A stretch of 64,000 bases of DNA from the human T2T-CHM13v2.0 reference genome, Homo sapiens (GCF_009914755.1 NC_060934.1); one strand, 5' to 3'; counted from the first letter of the stretch, positions 16,361 through 35,686 are shown. Numbers and translations: made by a program. The notes: generated by a model from the letters alone, not told the origin.

Positions 16361-18684
16361 GAAAACCATACCTAGTGTTCTTCAGTTATACACTTTTCTC
16401 AAATTCATACACACACACACACAATTATAACCATTTCATACTTACAAGGGGTCCTTTCCTAAGTGACATTAATTCAGAATGTGGGGTTCCGCTTCTCTAG
16501 TACACCCTTACCATCAAACCAGCTCCATCTGGTTAAAATACAGTCCCAATTTCCCTGCTCAAAAATTTTCACTGGCTCCCAATGACTTCCTCAGTATTAG
16601 CGGATGGCCCTTCATCCAAGACCCTCTGGGACAGTCATTTCCTAGCCTTATCTTCTGCCTGCAGACCACATCACCCAGCCAAATGTTTCCTGCTCCTTAG
16701 ACACAAGTCACCCTTCATGCTGTTTCAGTCACCATGCCCACACATCTGTCCTTCTATGAAGATCTAGTCAATGCCATCTCCTCCCAAAAGTCTTTCCTGG
16801 TTATGGCCAATCCATGATCATCTCACACCTTTGAACTGCAAAAGCACTTCCTACTGCTGATTAAAACTATCACTTTTTGCCTGGTATTCTAAGCATTCTT
16901 AAACGGAGATGACACCTCGAGCCCTCGGCTAGCCTGTAAACGCCTTGAGGGCAGCACCTCCAACCAAACACCCTGCACATAAAAGGGTTATCTGGATGTG
17001 ATGAAGTAACTTGCTCCCAGACTTTTCATCCTAGAGGCCCTGAGGGTCAGGAAGAACTGTAAGTGAAAGGGAGCCATGGGCATTTCTGAGCAGGAAACTC
17101 TTGCGCTGGACCTGCATTCTGAGAAAATCAAGGTGTCCCGGCAGAGCAGAAAACGCTAGCCTTGCAGTCAAGACTCACCTGCCACTTACAAGGTATGTGG
17201 CCTTGGACAGATGACTCTCCCACCACGGACCACAGGAATCTAATCTAGAACTTTTGCTTTCAGAGTAAATTAGGAAAGGCAGATAAATTGTATCTTAAGT
17301 TCCAGTTTCCTAGGGGTATCACCTGCAATGATGTAGAGATTCCAAGACTCCAGACAGGGATGTGCCCTGTTCTCAGTTTCCATGACAGACCCGGAAAGGT
17401 GGGCAGCAAAGTGAGGCCATGGATTTGCCAGCCCTGGGCCCCGTGATCTTTAAGGTCTGACATCATTGGATTTGGAAAGGCTCTGAGATGCTCCTCTGGG
17501 AACTCAAAACCCTAAAAGTCTACAGGGTTGTTCTGCAACGGAGATGCAGAACTCCCTGTGATGGAAGACATAAAAGGGAAAGACGGAGAGACAAGAGGAA
17601 GGAGGGAAGGAAGAATACCAACCTAGTATTAAAATTGGTCACTTGAAAACATGCAAGCCCTGTGATTTTCATCAGGAAACTGCACAAAAAGTAAATTCAT
17701 AATGTCTTTTAAAAGTTTGCATTCCTCTGATTAAAATGTTCTGGCTTTTGAAAGCAAATGGTGATGCTAAATGTGCTGGGCACAATGGTTACAGCAGGAA
17801 GAAAGACGGTGCAGCTCAGAACGTGGCTCTGCCTGTCCCTGTGGTTTGACTCAACATTGCTCAGCCTCCCCTCTTCATCTGAGGTAACAGCAACAACTAT
17901 GCCCCCCACACAGGATCACTGTGAGATTAAAGGGGTCCCACGTGTAGCATAGTGTCTGGCACATGGGGAGCAAAGAGTGAAGGAAGGCTGGCTACAGTTA
18001 TTATCACCATCATCAAGATCATGACTATGTCATTAGCAGCATATTTCTGTCAGCGTGTTAATGCAAAACAATTTTTTAAAACAGAAAAGTTACACAAAAC
18101 TGAGAAAGAAAAATAACGTCGGTCAGCCCGACCTAGTCTTACAAAATTACTTGCTGGCTTTTCTTTGGTGTCTGGTTTTGATGCCAGCCAAGGAACAGTT
18201 GTCACTAACTCTTTTCAATTTGGTGGTGTATCTTATGAAGCAAGAGGTGCTTAGACAAAGACACACACATGTTCAGGCTGGTATACAGAAAAGAACTGAT
18301 CTGATAGAAATGAACATCCTGTGCTTTTAGGTAGAAACAAAGGAGTTTTTCAACAGAGTGAGCTCAGATCTTGTATTCTGGAGCTTCAGAGGAATACAGC
18401 AAGTTAAAATGACACTTTTTCCTAACAGCTCGCCAGGATAAGCCAATGAAGATGGGTCACACCTGGAAACAACTTCCATCAACCCCTGGCAGGGGTAAAA
18501 AGTCATTTGTGGATCCCTTTCACAAAGGTAAATACCAAGGAAGTTCTGCAGTCTGGAAGGTAGAGTGGCCTACATTCATCTCGCCCAACAAGCAGAATGC
18601 AAGATGCACCCCTCCAGGGGTTCCTGCTTTCACTCACAAATCCAGAATGCCCTGGTCAGTTCTATAGCAGAAAACCCAAGCTCA

Positions 18685-18900
<216 letters not shown>

Positions 18901-19029
18901 GACTTGCATTCCTCGAATAAAAGTTATTTTCTCATTATCAATTGTAAACCTGTTTTTAAATGTTGATACCAACTGACAATATCAAATGTAAGACAGTATC
19001 TTTAAATCAAAGTAAATACAAATGATCTA

Positions 19030-19484
<455 letters not shown>

Positions 19485-21776
19485 TTACCAAAATTACTTC
19501 TCATTCATACCCAGGCATCTTGGAAAGCTACATCCATTTACACAGCAAATGAGCAGTTTGTAGAACCACACGGCACACCAAAAACAGCTGACACATCTCC
19601 TTGGATTTAAAACAAAGTCATCCCAGCATCTCATTTTCATCCTACCATAGCCTTATCTAATTCTTTAATGTTCTCTTTACTTTGATGAGGAATTTAATTA
19701 TAAACAAAAAAAGAGAAAATACATCTATAAACGCTTGCCCCACAACTAATAACACTTAGATATTATGTTAGTTATAACATGTTTAACCTTGTTCTCATCA
19801 GTGTTCATTTAATGTTTTACCTTTTTTCACTTGGCCTAGTACAAGCATGTTTCATTCTGCTATATAGACTCTATGTTGTTTCTTCTAATGAATAACCGTG
19901 GCTGACTTCACCATTTTCCTCTTGTTGAACTTCTGAAGCTATTCTAATGGTTTCGGAAATTAAATAATGTGGGACTGAATATCCTTACCCATAATTTCAG
20001 TTCCCTAGGGATAACTAGTATTACAGAGGACTGCAAGGGCATGAACATTTTTGTAGATCTTGATAATCATGCCAAATTGCTGTTCCGAGAAGATGCAGTC
20101 TTTTACACAACATCACCAACAACGTCCAAATGCACCAGGCCACTGTGACTTTGCAGCGTCAGGTATGTTAATCATTTTTGGTTTTGCCAATTTAACAGGA
20201 TATAGGATAATATTTTAACTTTTGAGTCTCTGAAGACTAGGTTTATTCGGTGCTTTTCTGTGGCTTTTTACTGGTTAATTCCCTCCTTTGTGAATTGCCC
20301 ACTTGGGTCCTTTGGGCAAACATCCACTAGGCACTTAATGTTCTTCTCATAAACTTGATGGGGTTAAAGTGCCTCATAATTGTTTTGCATTTTCAATTAG
20401 AAGCTTTCATAATATGAAAGAATAATAGAGACTTAATTCCATCACTGATTAGTTGGATAAATGTTCAGAAGTAAACCAACATTATCACTACCCCCAAGGA
20501 CTCCCACCTCTGGGAAATAAAATGTGCTTTACTTTAAGCCAGTGGCTTTCCAAGTTACTAAACACAGTCCACATTTCTCACCCACTACTGCTTTCCACTA
20601 GAACAAACTCAGTGATAAAAATGGACTATCACCACGTAAACAGAGGGGAGAAAATACACACCTATTTAGAAACAGAGTCACAAATGAGTCATATTTTAAC
20701 AGCAAAACATACCTGACTTCAATTCTCATTATTAGGAAATTATAACTCCAAAGCACTACTGATGCTAAAAACACAGCACTACATCCTATAGATCTGGCCA
20801 AAGAACTCTCCACAAACTGCACGGAGTCACCTTTTAGGCAAGGCTTGGCTTCTAAAATCAAGGCTAAGGTTAAGACAAAATTATCCTTGAAAATTACTTA
20901 AATAGCACACACAGTAAGCACATGTGGTTTTCTGAGTGCTGCATTACCTTTCACAAAGCCTAACCCTGCCAATTTTCCTGCAGCATTGGAAGGGATTGCT
21001 GTTTCTATGGTTGAATACCAGAAGAAACGCATCTGGCCTGTATTTAAGGAGATGTTGCATGAAAAAAATACATATTGTTAATTATTTTTAAGCAAACATT
21101 GAGACTTGAATTAGTATAAGTTAAATGCACATGACACAATGCAACTGTAAACTGATGATAAAGACAAATGAACTAATTTATAATTTAAAACCAAAACAAA
21201 AGCAGCAATTGAAAACCACAACCAACTCAACACTACACTGATCTTATACCAATAAAACATTCCTTCTCACAATTGGCTTGAATTAAAACTACCTGCATGC
21301 ACATATGTCATTGCTTTGCAATCCTGCCAAGTACTAAGTGACATCCAGACTTTAGAATACTGAACTGAAATCATCAATGAAATCTAGCAATTTCACTGGT
21401 ATCTGTATTTGATATAATTTTTCATTTACAGATACCAAATTTCAGTGACTCCTGGAAGTTTACCTAGTTACGAAGATGTATGTAATAGTAGAACCCAGTG
21501 GAGGATTTACATCAACACTCAAGGTTTCTCAGTAATTGTGCTCTGAAGTCACCGCTGTGAAAACAAGTGCCAAACAAATAAAGGAAACAAAAAATATGAG
21601 CAAAAGTGGGCATTTTTTAAAGTCACAAATCCTTTCAGTTTGGAGACTTACACAACATAGAAGCAGCATAGAACCCAATATTTCAAGCTCATATGACAGA
21701 GCAGCTGCTCAAAATACAGCAGCACTCTAAATTTATATACTACTGAACCAAGATTGACCACCAAAAGGAACAAATC

Positions 21777-22066
21777 AGTCAGGCATGGTGGCTCACACCT
21801 GTAATCCCAACAGTTTCGGAGGCTGAAGCAGGAGGATCGCTTGAGGTCAGGAGTTGAGACCAGCCTGGGCAACAAAGCAAGACCTCATCTCTGCAAAAAA
21901 ACTAGCCAGGCATGGTGGTGTGTGCCTGCAGTCCCAGCTACTTGAGAGGCTGAGACAGGAGGATCACTTTAGCCCAGGAGTTTGAGGCTGCAGTGAGCTG
22001 TGATGCACAACTGCACTCCAGCCTGGACATCAGAGCAAGACCCTATCTCAAAAAACAAACAAAAAG
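21777..22066 (+). mobile_element. AluJ
   Basis: Dimer with GAGGCTGCAGTGAGC. Confidence 0.88.
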
Positions 22067-22482
22067 AAAGGACAAGTCTCCTTACAGGACCAAGCCTGGG
22101 CAGGCAAGCAGAATGCAAGGCTGCCAGTTCAAGGTGCCCTTTGTCCAAACAATCTACTACAAGAGATATATGCGTGAGAGAATGAAGAAATTTGGGTGCA
22201 AATATAAAGGAAAGCAAAGTAGATGAAGTATTGCTATGAGAGTTTGTCACTTACTGCCTAAAGAAACCAAAGAAGTGGAGAGAACTCTCTCATTTTTTTA
22301 AACCACACAAATTTGTACAGAATCAAGATGTAAAGAGAAATCTGTAGGTATTATTCTAGAATTTAAAAGACATATCATAAGAACTCTTGACCCACCTCTG
22401 AAAAAGCAATAAGCAAAGCTATCATCCTCACCACCTTCATGCTTTTCAATTAATAACTTTGTTCATTTTACAAAGTAATATA

Positions 22483-22610
22483 TGGCCAGGCATGGTGGCT
22501 TACACCTGTAATCCCAGCACTTCGGGAGACCAAGGCAGAAGGATTGATTGAGCTCAGGAGTTCGAGATCAGCCTGGGCAACACAGTAAGACCTTGTCTCT
22601 ACTAAAAATT
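22483..22610 (+). mobile_element. Alu left monomer / FLAM
   Basis: Single monomer ending TCTCTACTAAAAAT. Confidence 0.8.
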
Positions 22611-23198
22611 TATATATACAACCCTATAGGCTCATGGTTGAAATTTTGGAAAAGTACGAAGCCAATAAAATTCATCCATAACTCTGACCAAAAAAGAATT
22701 GATCAGTTAGGCAGCCAAGAACCCTGGAAGAAAGTGAGAATATAATTTTGGAACTAGTAACAAGAAGACAAGGGAACAATAAACCCAGCAGGACACCATC
22801 TCTAAGCTCTGAGAACTAATTTTGACAAGTCCAAGAAAAATATACCTCAGACACCTATAAGAGATTACTATTTATGTGGCACAGGAGACACTAACATACG
22901 ACAATCTGAGAAAGACAGAATGGCATGATCCAAAGCAATTAATCTGACTGGCTAGGGAGCTCAGTTTTTAAAACAGCAGATCTAAACACTTCAGGGGCCA
23001 GCACATGGCCAGGGAGGAAACAAAAATGTGGTATGAACCACAGGGAACTTTGTCAGAAGACAAATCCAGAATTAGCTGAAGTTCTTGAACAATTTTTTTT
23101 TTTTTTTTAGTAAGCAGAGGAAGGACAGCAAGGTTTTAAGCTATATTTGGGGCCAGGAAGAGATAAGCTACAGATAGAATACAGCTCCTATTAACTAA

Positions 23199-23692
<494 letters not shown>

Positions 23693-24083
23693 TTCAGTAG
23701 TCTTATGTCATTTCCCTGCTTTGGAACCTTCGAAGACTCCTGCCTGCTCACAAAGCACGGACATCTTCCTATGTGACAAAGGACTCTACACTCAGTCCTT
23801 CAAGCCCCTTCCCTCCACCATCCCACCCTCTTCCCCTGGTGGACTCAGCCAGATCTGCCTCAGATGTCAATTTCCCTGGCTGGTCTCTAACTCACCATCA
23901 GCCTGAGAGGAGTTGAGAAGGCCTTCCCTGCAGCCCCATGTCCTCACATATGTGTCTCCTACTCCATTTCCACCTTTGCAAACATTTTATACAACCTCTC
24001 TCTCCCCGCACAGGGGGCTCTTAGAGGGCATCCTCACAGTGCAGCACCAGGTATACAGTAGATGCTCATTAGACATTTGGATA

Positions 24084-24373
24084 ATTTTTATTTTTTAGAG
24101 ACAGGGTCTCACTCTGTCACCCAGGCTGGAATACAGTGGTGCAATCGCTGCAGCCTCAAACTCTCAAGCTCAAGCAATCCTCCCACCTCAGCCTCCTGAG
24201 TAGCTGGAACTACAGGCATGCACTACAACAGTCAGCTAATTTTTTTTTTTTTTTAAGAGATGGGGGTTTTGCTTTGTTTCCCAGGCTGGTCTTGAACTCC
24301 TGGGCTCAAATGATCCTCCTGTCTCAGCCTCTCAAAGTGTTGGGATTACAGGTGTGAGCCACCTCACCCAGCC
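24084..24373 (-). mobile_element. AluJ
   Basis: Reverse dimer. Confidence 0.88.
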
Positions 24374-24562
24374 AAGCATTTGTTAATTAATCAACTGATT
24401 CCCTGAGGAATGATGGTGAGTCTAGGAAAGAGACCAGAAAATTAAGATGAGCACTGCCCTCCCTCCCGCAAGGAGGCCTTTGGGAAAGAGACTGCTGCCA
24501 AGTTACCACCACATCCACGGCTCTTGAGTTAGAGCTTTATCCTCCAGCAGCCTTCAGAGGTA

Positions 24563-24720
24563 CCACTGTCCCTCCATATCCGTAATGGATTAGTTACAGG
24601 ATCCCTGTGGATACCAAAATCCAAGGATGCTTAACTCCCTGACATGAAATGGCGCAGCATTTGCATATAACCTCTTGTATACTCTAAATCAGCTCTAAAT
24701 CACTTATAGTACCTAATACA
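24563..24720. mobile_element. MER2 (TcMar-Tigger) fragment
   Basis: GGATACCAAAATCCAAGGATGCT and GCATTTGCATATAACCT motifs typical of MER2. Confidence 0.7.
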
Positions 24721-25570
24721 AACTCACTAAGCTCCAAGCCAATGTGTGTGGCTTTAGGCAAGACATTTAAGCTTGTGGTATCTCCAGGTATTCATCTGTA
24801 AATGGACAGGGGAAATAGGGAGGAAGGTTGCGGTCTGCTGGATTCTAAATCCCTCGGGCCAAGGACAGAAATGAGGCAAAGGCTGGTTCAAATCCACTTG
24901 TTTGGCAAGTAGTTGGCAATTTCACTGTGCTGCCTTAACCATCATGTTCTCAGCTTTAAGAACTGAGCATCATGAATGAAGGGGAACAGACTTCGTTTGT
25001 GTTGCTAAATGGCAAACATGAATTAACAAGGGGGAAAATGCAGCAACAATCAGGCCAACAGAGCATTTTCCAATAAGAAATGTTATTCCCTAGAATTGGC
25101 TGCCTTGAAAGGTGCCAAGTGCATGGCCACAGACAATATCCTCCAGCAGAGACATGGTGGAGGAAAATTTCTACACTGTTCAGAAGATCTACACATTTAG
25201 AAGGGACCTCTTAGGTTCCTTTCAACTCTAAATTCTATTTTATGAATTACATGACTAAGAAACTATATGTATGCTGAAAAGACTTAAGTGACAAATTATG
25301 TTTTTAATAACATTAAGAGCTTGCCAAAAAAAAGAGCTGGCTGTTTAAAATACCTGGTATGATTAAATAAATCTCATTTCACCTATCGTTTCCTTAACAT
25401 GAGGTAGACCAGTATTTTTGTTCACAAAGGACTGACAAACAGCAGCTAACTGAGAAAGCTGTCAGATTCTGACTTAGAAAAATCTAGCATCCTTCAGCAT
25501 ACATAGTATATTTAGTTGTTCAGTATTAATATGTTTAAAGTTACAGTCACCATCCAAATAAACTAAAGCA

Positions 25571-26185
<615 letters not shown>

Positions 26186-29100
26186 CTATGCAGATATCAC
26201 CAGCTTTTAAATTTTCTTCAAGAAACCCTCTGAATTCAGTCCTTCTGTGAAGAAAGATGCATTACCTGACACACACAGGCAGGCAGTGGAAGACATTCAT
26301 TAGCTAGAACATTTCAATAGCAAAGCATGCAAAACTGCAAATGCCATCTAGACAAGATCCATGCCTGGAGACATCCAACGTGGCACTTTCAAGGAGACGT
26401 GTCCATTTCAAAGTCCTATACACAGGCAAATTCCTTGGTGATTTTCTTGGGTCTGTCTTCTCTGAGTCCCTTCTAGCTGTAGATCTAAATGCTCGGAAGT
26501 AAACAATGACAGTAATGCCACCGAGTGGCACCTGAAATCAACTGTGACTCTCTACGATTCCCCATCCTATTCTACTTCCCTCCATCTTCTTCTTTCCCCG
26601 GAAGATGCATTACACCTTCTGGTAATCCCCATGGAAACTACTGTGAAGTCCATTTTAACTCTGCTTCTTTTGTATGAATGGTTTTAAAATTGCTGAGACT
26701 TATTTTATTAAAAAAATTAATTTGCTCTTGACACAACTAACTTCACAAACTAATCACCAAATACCTTCCTGGTTTTCCATTTCTACCTCCTGACCTGAAT
26801 GCTCCTTACCATAGAGATGTGGAGAGCACTGGCTGTAAGTCCAAGTACTGGTTTACGGCAGATGTCTTGGAGATCTATCTCAATAGCCCTCTCAAAACAC
26901 GTTTGTAATGATGTTGAATATAAAATAACAATTTACATAATAAGGTGCATAAGCACCTCCTTTGCACTATTAATAAATTTTTGTTGGCAATATTTTCTAG
27001 GGATAAACATCTAATTATTACAAGCCCATAATCAGAAAAATGTCTTATGAGCGTGACATTCAGGAATTATTTCTTGGAGGTCATCAGGAGTCACAATAGG
27101 AGGAAATCGTGCCCTGCTGTTAAAACTCTACCAGAATTCATTAATAAAAGCACTGCTCAGTAGAAATGTAGTCTTTGGTCTCCTGTCTATTTTATCCCCA
27201 GGGACAACAGTACGCCCTTTCTTTTCTCTTGCCGCAGTTTTTTACAGAAGCTGTATTTTTTATCATAAAAGGAGGGGAAGCTGCCATTCAAAATTGCTGT
27301 TATTTTCCTATTCTGTTTCTCTGGATAAAACAAGACTTCTAAACTAACAAAGGACAATAATCAGTGCGGAGGCAACATACGCTGAAATAAGGAAATGCTG
27401 AAAACTAACATTCACCACGCCACACATAAAAAGCAGCTGAAACTCAACGTGAAAGCTAAACCTCAAGATATGACTTCACACAGCTATAACGGGAAACATA
27501 AAAGCAACTTGGGATTTCCTCTATTTGAAGGGATGCATTTCCGCTTACTTTGTACTTTCCTTGAACTTGGAGCAGGACATCACTCTTGCATCCCACGCTT
27601 CTCAGCTCAGGCTCGGTATCCAAAAAAAGCTCTGTGCCTCTGGGGACCTGGGGCACCCCTCCCCCCTCTAGCCTGCTGGAGCACCCACATGTGCAGAGGC
27701 TCACACGAGCATAAATCAAGGGACATGGCTGACACTAAGCACTGCTGAGAGCCTGCACAGCTGCAGACGCTGCTCACAAGTAAAAGAGATACCCCTCTGC
27801 AGGAGGCAGCTGCGGTATTTCACTTGCCCCTCTGACCAGGACCCATGCAGTCCTTGGAAGAGCTGGGTGCTCCCTAGGGCAACTGGTATTTTCTGTCTGC
27901 TCTTTGGTCACTTCCCATTCTTTTTTACTGGTTTCTGGTGGTTTCCACATGTGGACAAATAGAGCATAATAAAGAGGTCTGCCAGATTTCAGCCTCCTTT
28001 CACAGATGAGGCTTGGTTTAAAAGGAAAATGAACGAAAGAAAACTTACAAAACCAACAGCCTGATGGTACTTTTAGGAAAAGGTTAGTATGGTTCTGTAT
28101 GAATGGTAGGTGACAGCTGGATCTGATTCTCTAAATATACCAGGCCTTTTCCTACAAGACTTTATAATAACTTATTTGTTCTTAAATTCAGGTGGGGCCT
28201 CTGGGAGGAAAAGTTGAGTGCAGGAAAATAGAACAAAAATTAATTAACAATTTCCAACTGTAACATGCTCAGCACTATACACAGAGTGTAAAAGATATAA
28301 AATATTGCCCCCGACCTAGAACACACAGTTCTGTGGGGTAAGACAGCCAAATGCCTGAACCAATGACAGAACACTGTGCTCTATCGGATAATCCAGACTG
28401 AACTGAATGGCCCAAAAATCACAAACATGCAGAGGGCAGTGGAAATGTTCTTGAACGTTTTAGACAAACAGAACTGTATAATTAATGGATTTTCCCCTTC
28501 ACAGTACATAAACATTCTGAAAGGTAGTACCTAAATCTGGCACCTACTGAGAAATGCTGACACAGCTGCAATGATTTTTTAGATATTTTTAACTTGTAAA
28601 GAGAACAGAGTAAGGAAGTGCACTTTGACCCAATTTTAACCATCTGTAATTTTTTTCTTCCAATCATCCTAACTGGCTTCTAGACCCAAGTGCTAATTTG
28701 ATTGCAAAAGGAAAGCTGCCAAGAAATTATGGAGGCCTGATTTAAGGACAGCATGTAACCTGAACACATTGCAGTCAAGCAGTGTGTATGAAGAGAGCTA
28801 TACCTGTAAGGAAAGACTGAAGTTCTAAGACAGCAGAGGCAGAATCCAGCCTCCTCCACTGGGCGCTGGAGCAAAATTTTAGAAAGGTTACCCAGGGAAT
28901 CTTGACAGGGGACTGCAACATGCTCAGAGGCAGCCAGAGGTGCTCAACCAGCCTTAGGGCACATCAAACAACCTCCAGTGAGAACTCTCCACCCTTCTTA
29001 ATCCCAAAATGTTAAAATCAACTCCACATCCATTCTTTTTAAATAACTTTAATCCTCACAACGACATCAAAACATTTTAAGCACTATCCACTCCACTTCT

Positions 29101-29236
29101 GGCTGATCGAAAGACTTAACAGTAGACATTATTTCCTCTACACATAAAACACTGTTACCTCTACCCCAGCAACTTACGGAGATTAATTTTTCTCCCATCC
29201 CCACTCTACACCAACTTTATTCCAAGAAGGACTTAA

Positions 29237-29573
<337 letters not shown>

Positions 29574-29864
29574 TAAATCTTATGTACTTTAAAACATTTT
29601 AAGACATGTTTGTCAGGGTGTCAAACCTTAAGATTTAGTTGAGTCAAGTTGAATTTACTTAATCCAAGGGACAATAGGTAAAAAGCATTAATTTGGGAGT
29701 ATAACACACTGAATGATGGCACTCTGATCTAGAAACTGGGTTTCTAAATACACTCTCTAAAATACATTTATCTGAATTTTTAAATATTTCTGATTGGCCT
29801 CCATTTTTATTTGGAATAGTTTTGCCTCAGGATATATTTTAATCATTTAAGGATATAAGTCCTC

Positions 29865-30193
<329 letters not shown>

Positions 30194-30468
30194 TTATAAT
30201 AAAAACAAGTGATTATACAGTTTTGTCACAAAAGTATAATCAACCACATCATAAAAACTTTAGAAAGAAAAAAAGGGAGAACAACCCATAATCCCATTAC
30301 TCCAAAGCAAATACTATTATTGGCTTAGTACGTTGCCAAATCACTTAGTGCATTTTTTTTTCTAACTACTTGGAACTAGACTATATATGTAACAGCAACT
30401 CATTAAGTGGTTTTTCAAACTTTCACAGTTTTATAACTATCATTCTGTCATTTAAAATCAGTATTCTA

Positions 30469-30767
<299 letters not shown>

Positions 30768-30942
30768 CATCAGTATTCTAAAAAGTTAATAGTATTCCAA
30801 GTCATAAAATATAAATAGCAATATATAAAAGAGTAAAGAAAGAAAACTGCAGCCCCATGTGAGACAGAAGGAGAAAAAAAGACCCACATGTTTTAGGATC
30901 TTTTACATTCCCCAATGAAGATGTGAATACTAACAAGAGTAG

Positions 30943-31422
<480 letters not shown>

Positions 31423-32005
31423 TGATGTACAACAGTCATTTTTCTAGCATTCATTCCCATTTTCACCTCTTAATGTCCTCTTTGAAAAGTTAGTGCCAGA
31501 AATCTCATCACTAAGTTTCCTCCCTGCCTTAGACTGCTGGAAATGGCTAAAAAGGATACTGGAATTTATTTAATTTATAGGAACAAATATTAAACTGATT
31601 ACTTAATATATGTGCTGCAGAAAAATTCTATATGTGGACTACTAGACAAAGAGTTCTAAGGACGATTACAGGGAAAATAATTGCTAATGCCTCATGCAGG
31701 AATGTCATTAATCTTTCTGTCTATGCAAAGCTATCTGAGATGTTATACTTTTTGTTTAAACACACAAATGAGATATAACTTTATCTTTTAAAAAATAAAT
31801 GGTTTTTCAAATCTCAAAAAACCTCAATATCCAAAAACCTGCACATGTATCACACATTTATGCTTTTGAAACCCCAGAAATATAAATCCACAATTTTATA
31901 TCCTTAATTTTGCATTTTGCAACTTATACTCTTGAAGTACAGAATAATCTTCTTGAAGTAAAAGCATTTTTTGCATCATACTTTTTTTTTTTAGAAAGAA
32001 AAAGA

Positions 32006-32537
32006 GTCCAGGCACAGTGGCTCACGTCTGTAATCCCAGCACTTTGGGAGGCTGAGGCAGGCAGATTGCTTGAGCCCAAGAGTTAGAGACCAGCCTGGGT
32101 AACACGGCGAGACCATGTCTACAAAAAAATTAGCCAGGCATGGTGGTGCATGCCTGTAGTCCCAGCTATTCGAGAGGCTGAGGTGGGAGGATTGCCTGAG
32201 CCCAGGATTTCAAAGCTGCAGTGAGCAGAGATCACATCACTAATGTGCATTTATAAGGCACAAATGGGACAGGCTCATGTGAAGGTCTTATAAGACATGG
32301 GCGGACCGTGTGGACAGAGAGAAATTTATCTAGACATTAGGAAACTTTTGAATTTCACTCCACGTAACATTCCAGAGAAGAAAAAAAAATTAATACTATA
32401 CATTGCTCTTCAAACTATTTTATACAGAACCCTAGTTCAAAGAAGCACTTTGTATGTTCGCCTGAAAATGTAGGACCAGTTGATGTAGTTACGTGTCATC
32501 TCCTGGGTGACAGAGTAAGACCCTGTCTCAAAAAAAA
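32006..32537 (+). mobile_element. AluJ containing a ~260-bp non-Alu insertion (32243-32503)
   Basis: Alu breaks after GAGATCACATCACT and resumes at CCTGGGTGACAGAGTAAGACCCTGTCTC. Confidence 0.88.
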
Positions 32538-33641
32538 GGAACAGTGTCTTCCCTGCATTTCTCCCCACCCTGCGCATCTTCCTCTTCTTCACTCATGTGT
32601 GTGGTAAAGCCAATAATCAGTGACGTAATGTCAACAGACAGAGGCAGACATACAAACGAAATCACATATGAAATACAGAACTCTGACAACTTACTTTTTC
32701 CCTCTCACCCAGCTAACTCATCTCTTTAGGCTTTGCCCATGAGGCTCTGTGGAAGCTCCATCTTGCAAATATTCTCAGCAGATGAGCCCACTCAATGTCC
32801 CATCCCAATGTCAGAGTTTCCACTACATGTTATTTATTCTCACAATGACTCTTCCTATCAAGTATTTTGTGTTCTGGCCAAAGCTTTGACCCATAACTAT
32901 TGACTAAAAGTGGTCAACAGATGATGAAGGAATAGCCCAAAGAAACAAAGAAATATATCCCACTAGATGTTAAAATACATATTTTACAGCAGTTAGGCCC
33001 CATAAGAGAAATAACAAGGAGGCTCTTAGGGATGGCAGAAGTCCACTGACATTTTGAACAGCCTTATAAACAACAGTGCCACCTGGGAGGACTGATCAGC
33101 AATTTTATGAATGGCAAATGCAAGTAACCACAGACCCAGGCATCTTATTACATCTGGGGATTAGAAAGAAATGGAATGTGCCTGCCAGCGTATGACAGGG
33201 ACAGATCTCCATGAGATCCACACACTGATCCAATTAATGTTTCTATTTAAGTACTCTGTAAAAAGCCACTTAAAATTTATCCACTCCTGACACTTACTGC
33301 TTACTAGGGGCCTTTTAAAAACTGAAAAATGAGTTTTAGGATCCTACATATATTTCTTTTCCAATATACATATATAGATTTGGTTTTTGGAAGGCCAAAA
33401 ATGGCATGCAGAGTTCAAAGAGATCATTATTTTAGGTAGATCAAACAAAAAAACTGGTAGATAGACAGTTGCAATGCTCTAAACACATGTTATCTAAAAC
33501 GACTAGTCTAAAAATTAGCACCACATCCAGCTCAAAAGTCAAGTAACCAGAAAACTGCTAGATCTTTTACATCTTTTATCAATCCTTAGAGACTTAGCAA
33601 AAATCCCTATGAATCTACTATACACCAAGAATATAAAGATA

Positions 33642-33977
<336 letters not shown>

Positions 33978-34316
33978 TCAGATAACCAGATGAAGTTACC
34001 CACGTCCGTAAGAAGGTGAGCAGCCAAGCAAGACTTGTCAAGGAAAATGCTAAGGGCAGATGCTCTTTACAGCTGGTCTCAGTAAGGCTGCAGAGCATTT
34101 GAGCAGCAGCACAAACAATGCTGCAGAGAGGTACTCAGCATTTTTATATCTCGTTAAAGATGGAAGCAATCCCTGAAGACTGAAAAAGCAAATTACATGT
34201 GTATGTCTTGAAGGGGAGAAAAGATAACCGTCATAGTCATAATCCAGTCAGGCTAGGAGAAAATATATGAAAAATGTCCACACCCAAGGCACACAGCAAA
34301 TGGGCAACCAACATCC

Positions 34317-34627
34317 TTTTTTTTTTTTTTTTACTTTTGAGACAGGGTGTCACTCTGTTGCCCAGGCTCTGGTGTACAGTGGCGCAACCAGAGCTCTCTG
34401 CAGCCTCAAACTCCTAGGCTCAAGCAATTCTCCCAACTCAGCCTCCTGAGTAGCTAGGACTGAAGGAACACAACCACCATGCCCAGCTAATTTTTTTTTT
34501 TTTTTTGTAGAGACAGGGTCTTGTTATGCCATCCAGGTGGCTAGCGAATTCCTGGCTTCAAGCAATCCTCCTGCTTTGGCCTCCGAAAGTGTTGGGACTA
34601 CAGGTATAAGTAACGTCGCCCCAGCCC
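34317..34627 (-). mobile_element. AluJ
   Basis: Diverged reverse dimer. Confidence 0.87.
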
Positions 34628-34983
34628 CAGCATGCATTTATAAAGCACAAATGGGACAGGCTCATGCAAGGGTCTTACAAGACCACGTGGACAGATAGGA
34701 AGTTATCTAGACATCAGGAAACTTTTGAATTTCACTCCATGTAACATTCTCAGGAAAGAAAAAAATTAATATTACACATTGCTTTCCAAACTATTTTCTA
34801 CAGAACCCCAGTTCAAAGAAGCACTTTGTGTGTCACCCAGAAAGCGCAGGACCAGTTGATGTCATCTCCCAACTCAGCACTCTGCTCCATTAACATGGAC
34901 GACTCTAAACACCTGATATAAGATCAGCCACCACCACCACCGCATCTACCACGCAGCCACTGCCTACCTGGGCCAAGCTCTAG

Positions 34984-35220
<237 letters not shown>

Positions 35221-35686
35221 TAGGTCTGGTTCTTTACATATGTATCTCTCATACAATCTTCAAGGAGAAGAGGGTATTACAGCTCCACTAACATATGATC
35301 AAAATGAGACTGGAGACTGCAGTCCTGGGCCCAGCCACTCAACAACGGCTGCAAAAACAGTGGCAGCACCATCACCTACTGACCCAGGAGGTCCCCTCCT
35401 TGGCAGAGGCAGAGAGCACTCTCCCATGCAGGCCAGGTATACACTGGCACACCCCATCTGGAAAGCAAACTGGCCAAGTGCAGAAACTGAGGGCCTTGAA
35501 ATGTTCATAATTTCCTATCCAATAATTATACTTCAGAAAACTTGTCAATAATATACACTAAGATTATTACAATATTTTAAATGATGAAAAATGAGAAAAT
35601 TAATTAACTTCCCAACAATAGTTAACTAGGTTAATACTTGTATATCCACATAATGAAGTGCTATACGACCTCTAAAAAGTATTATG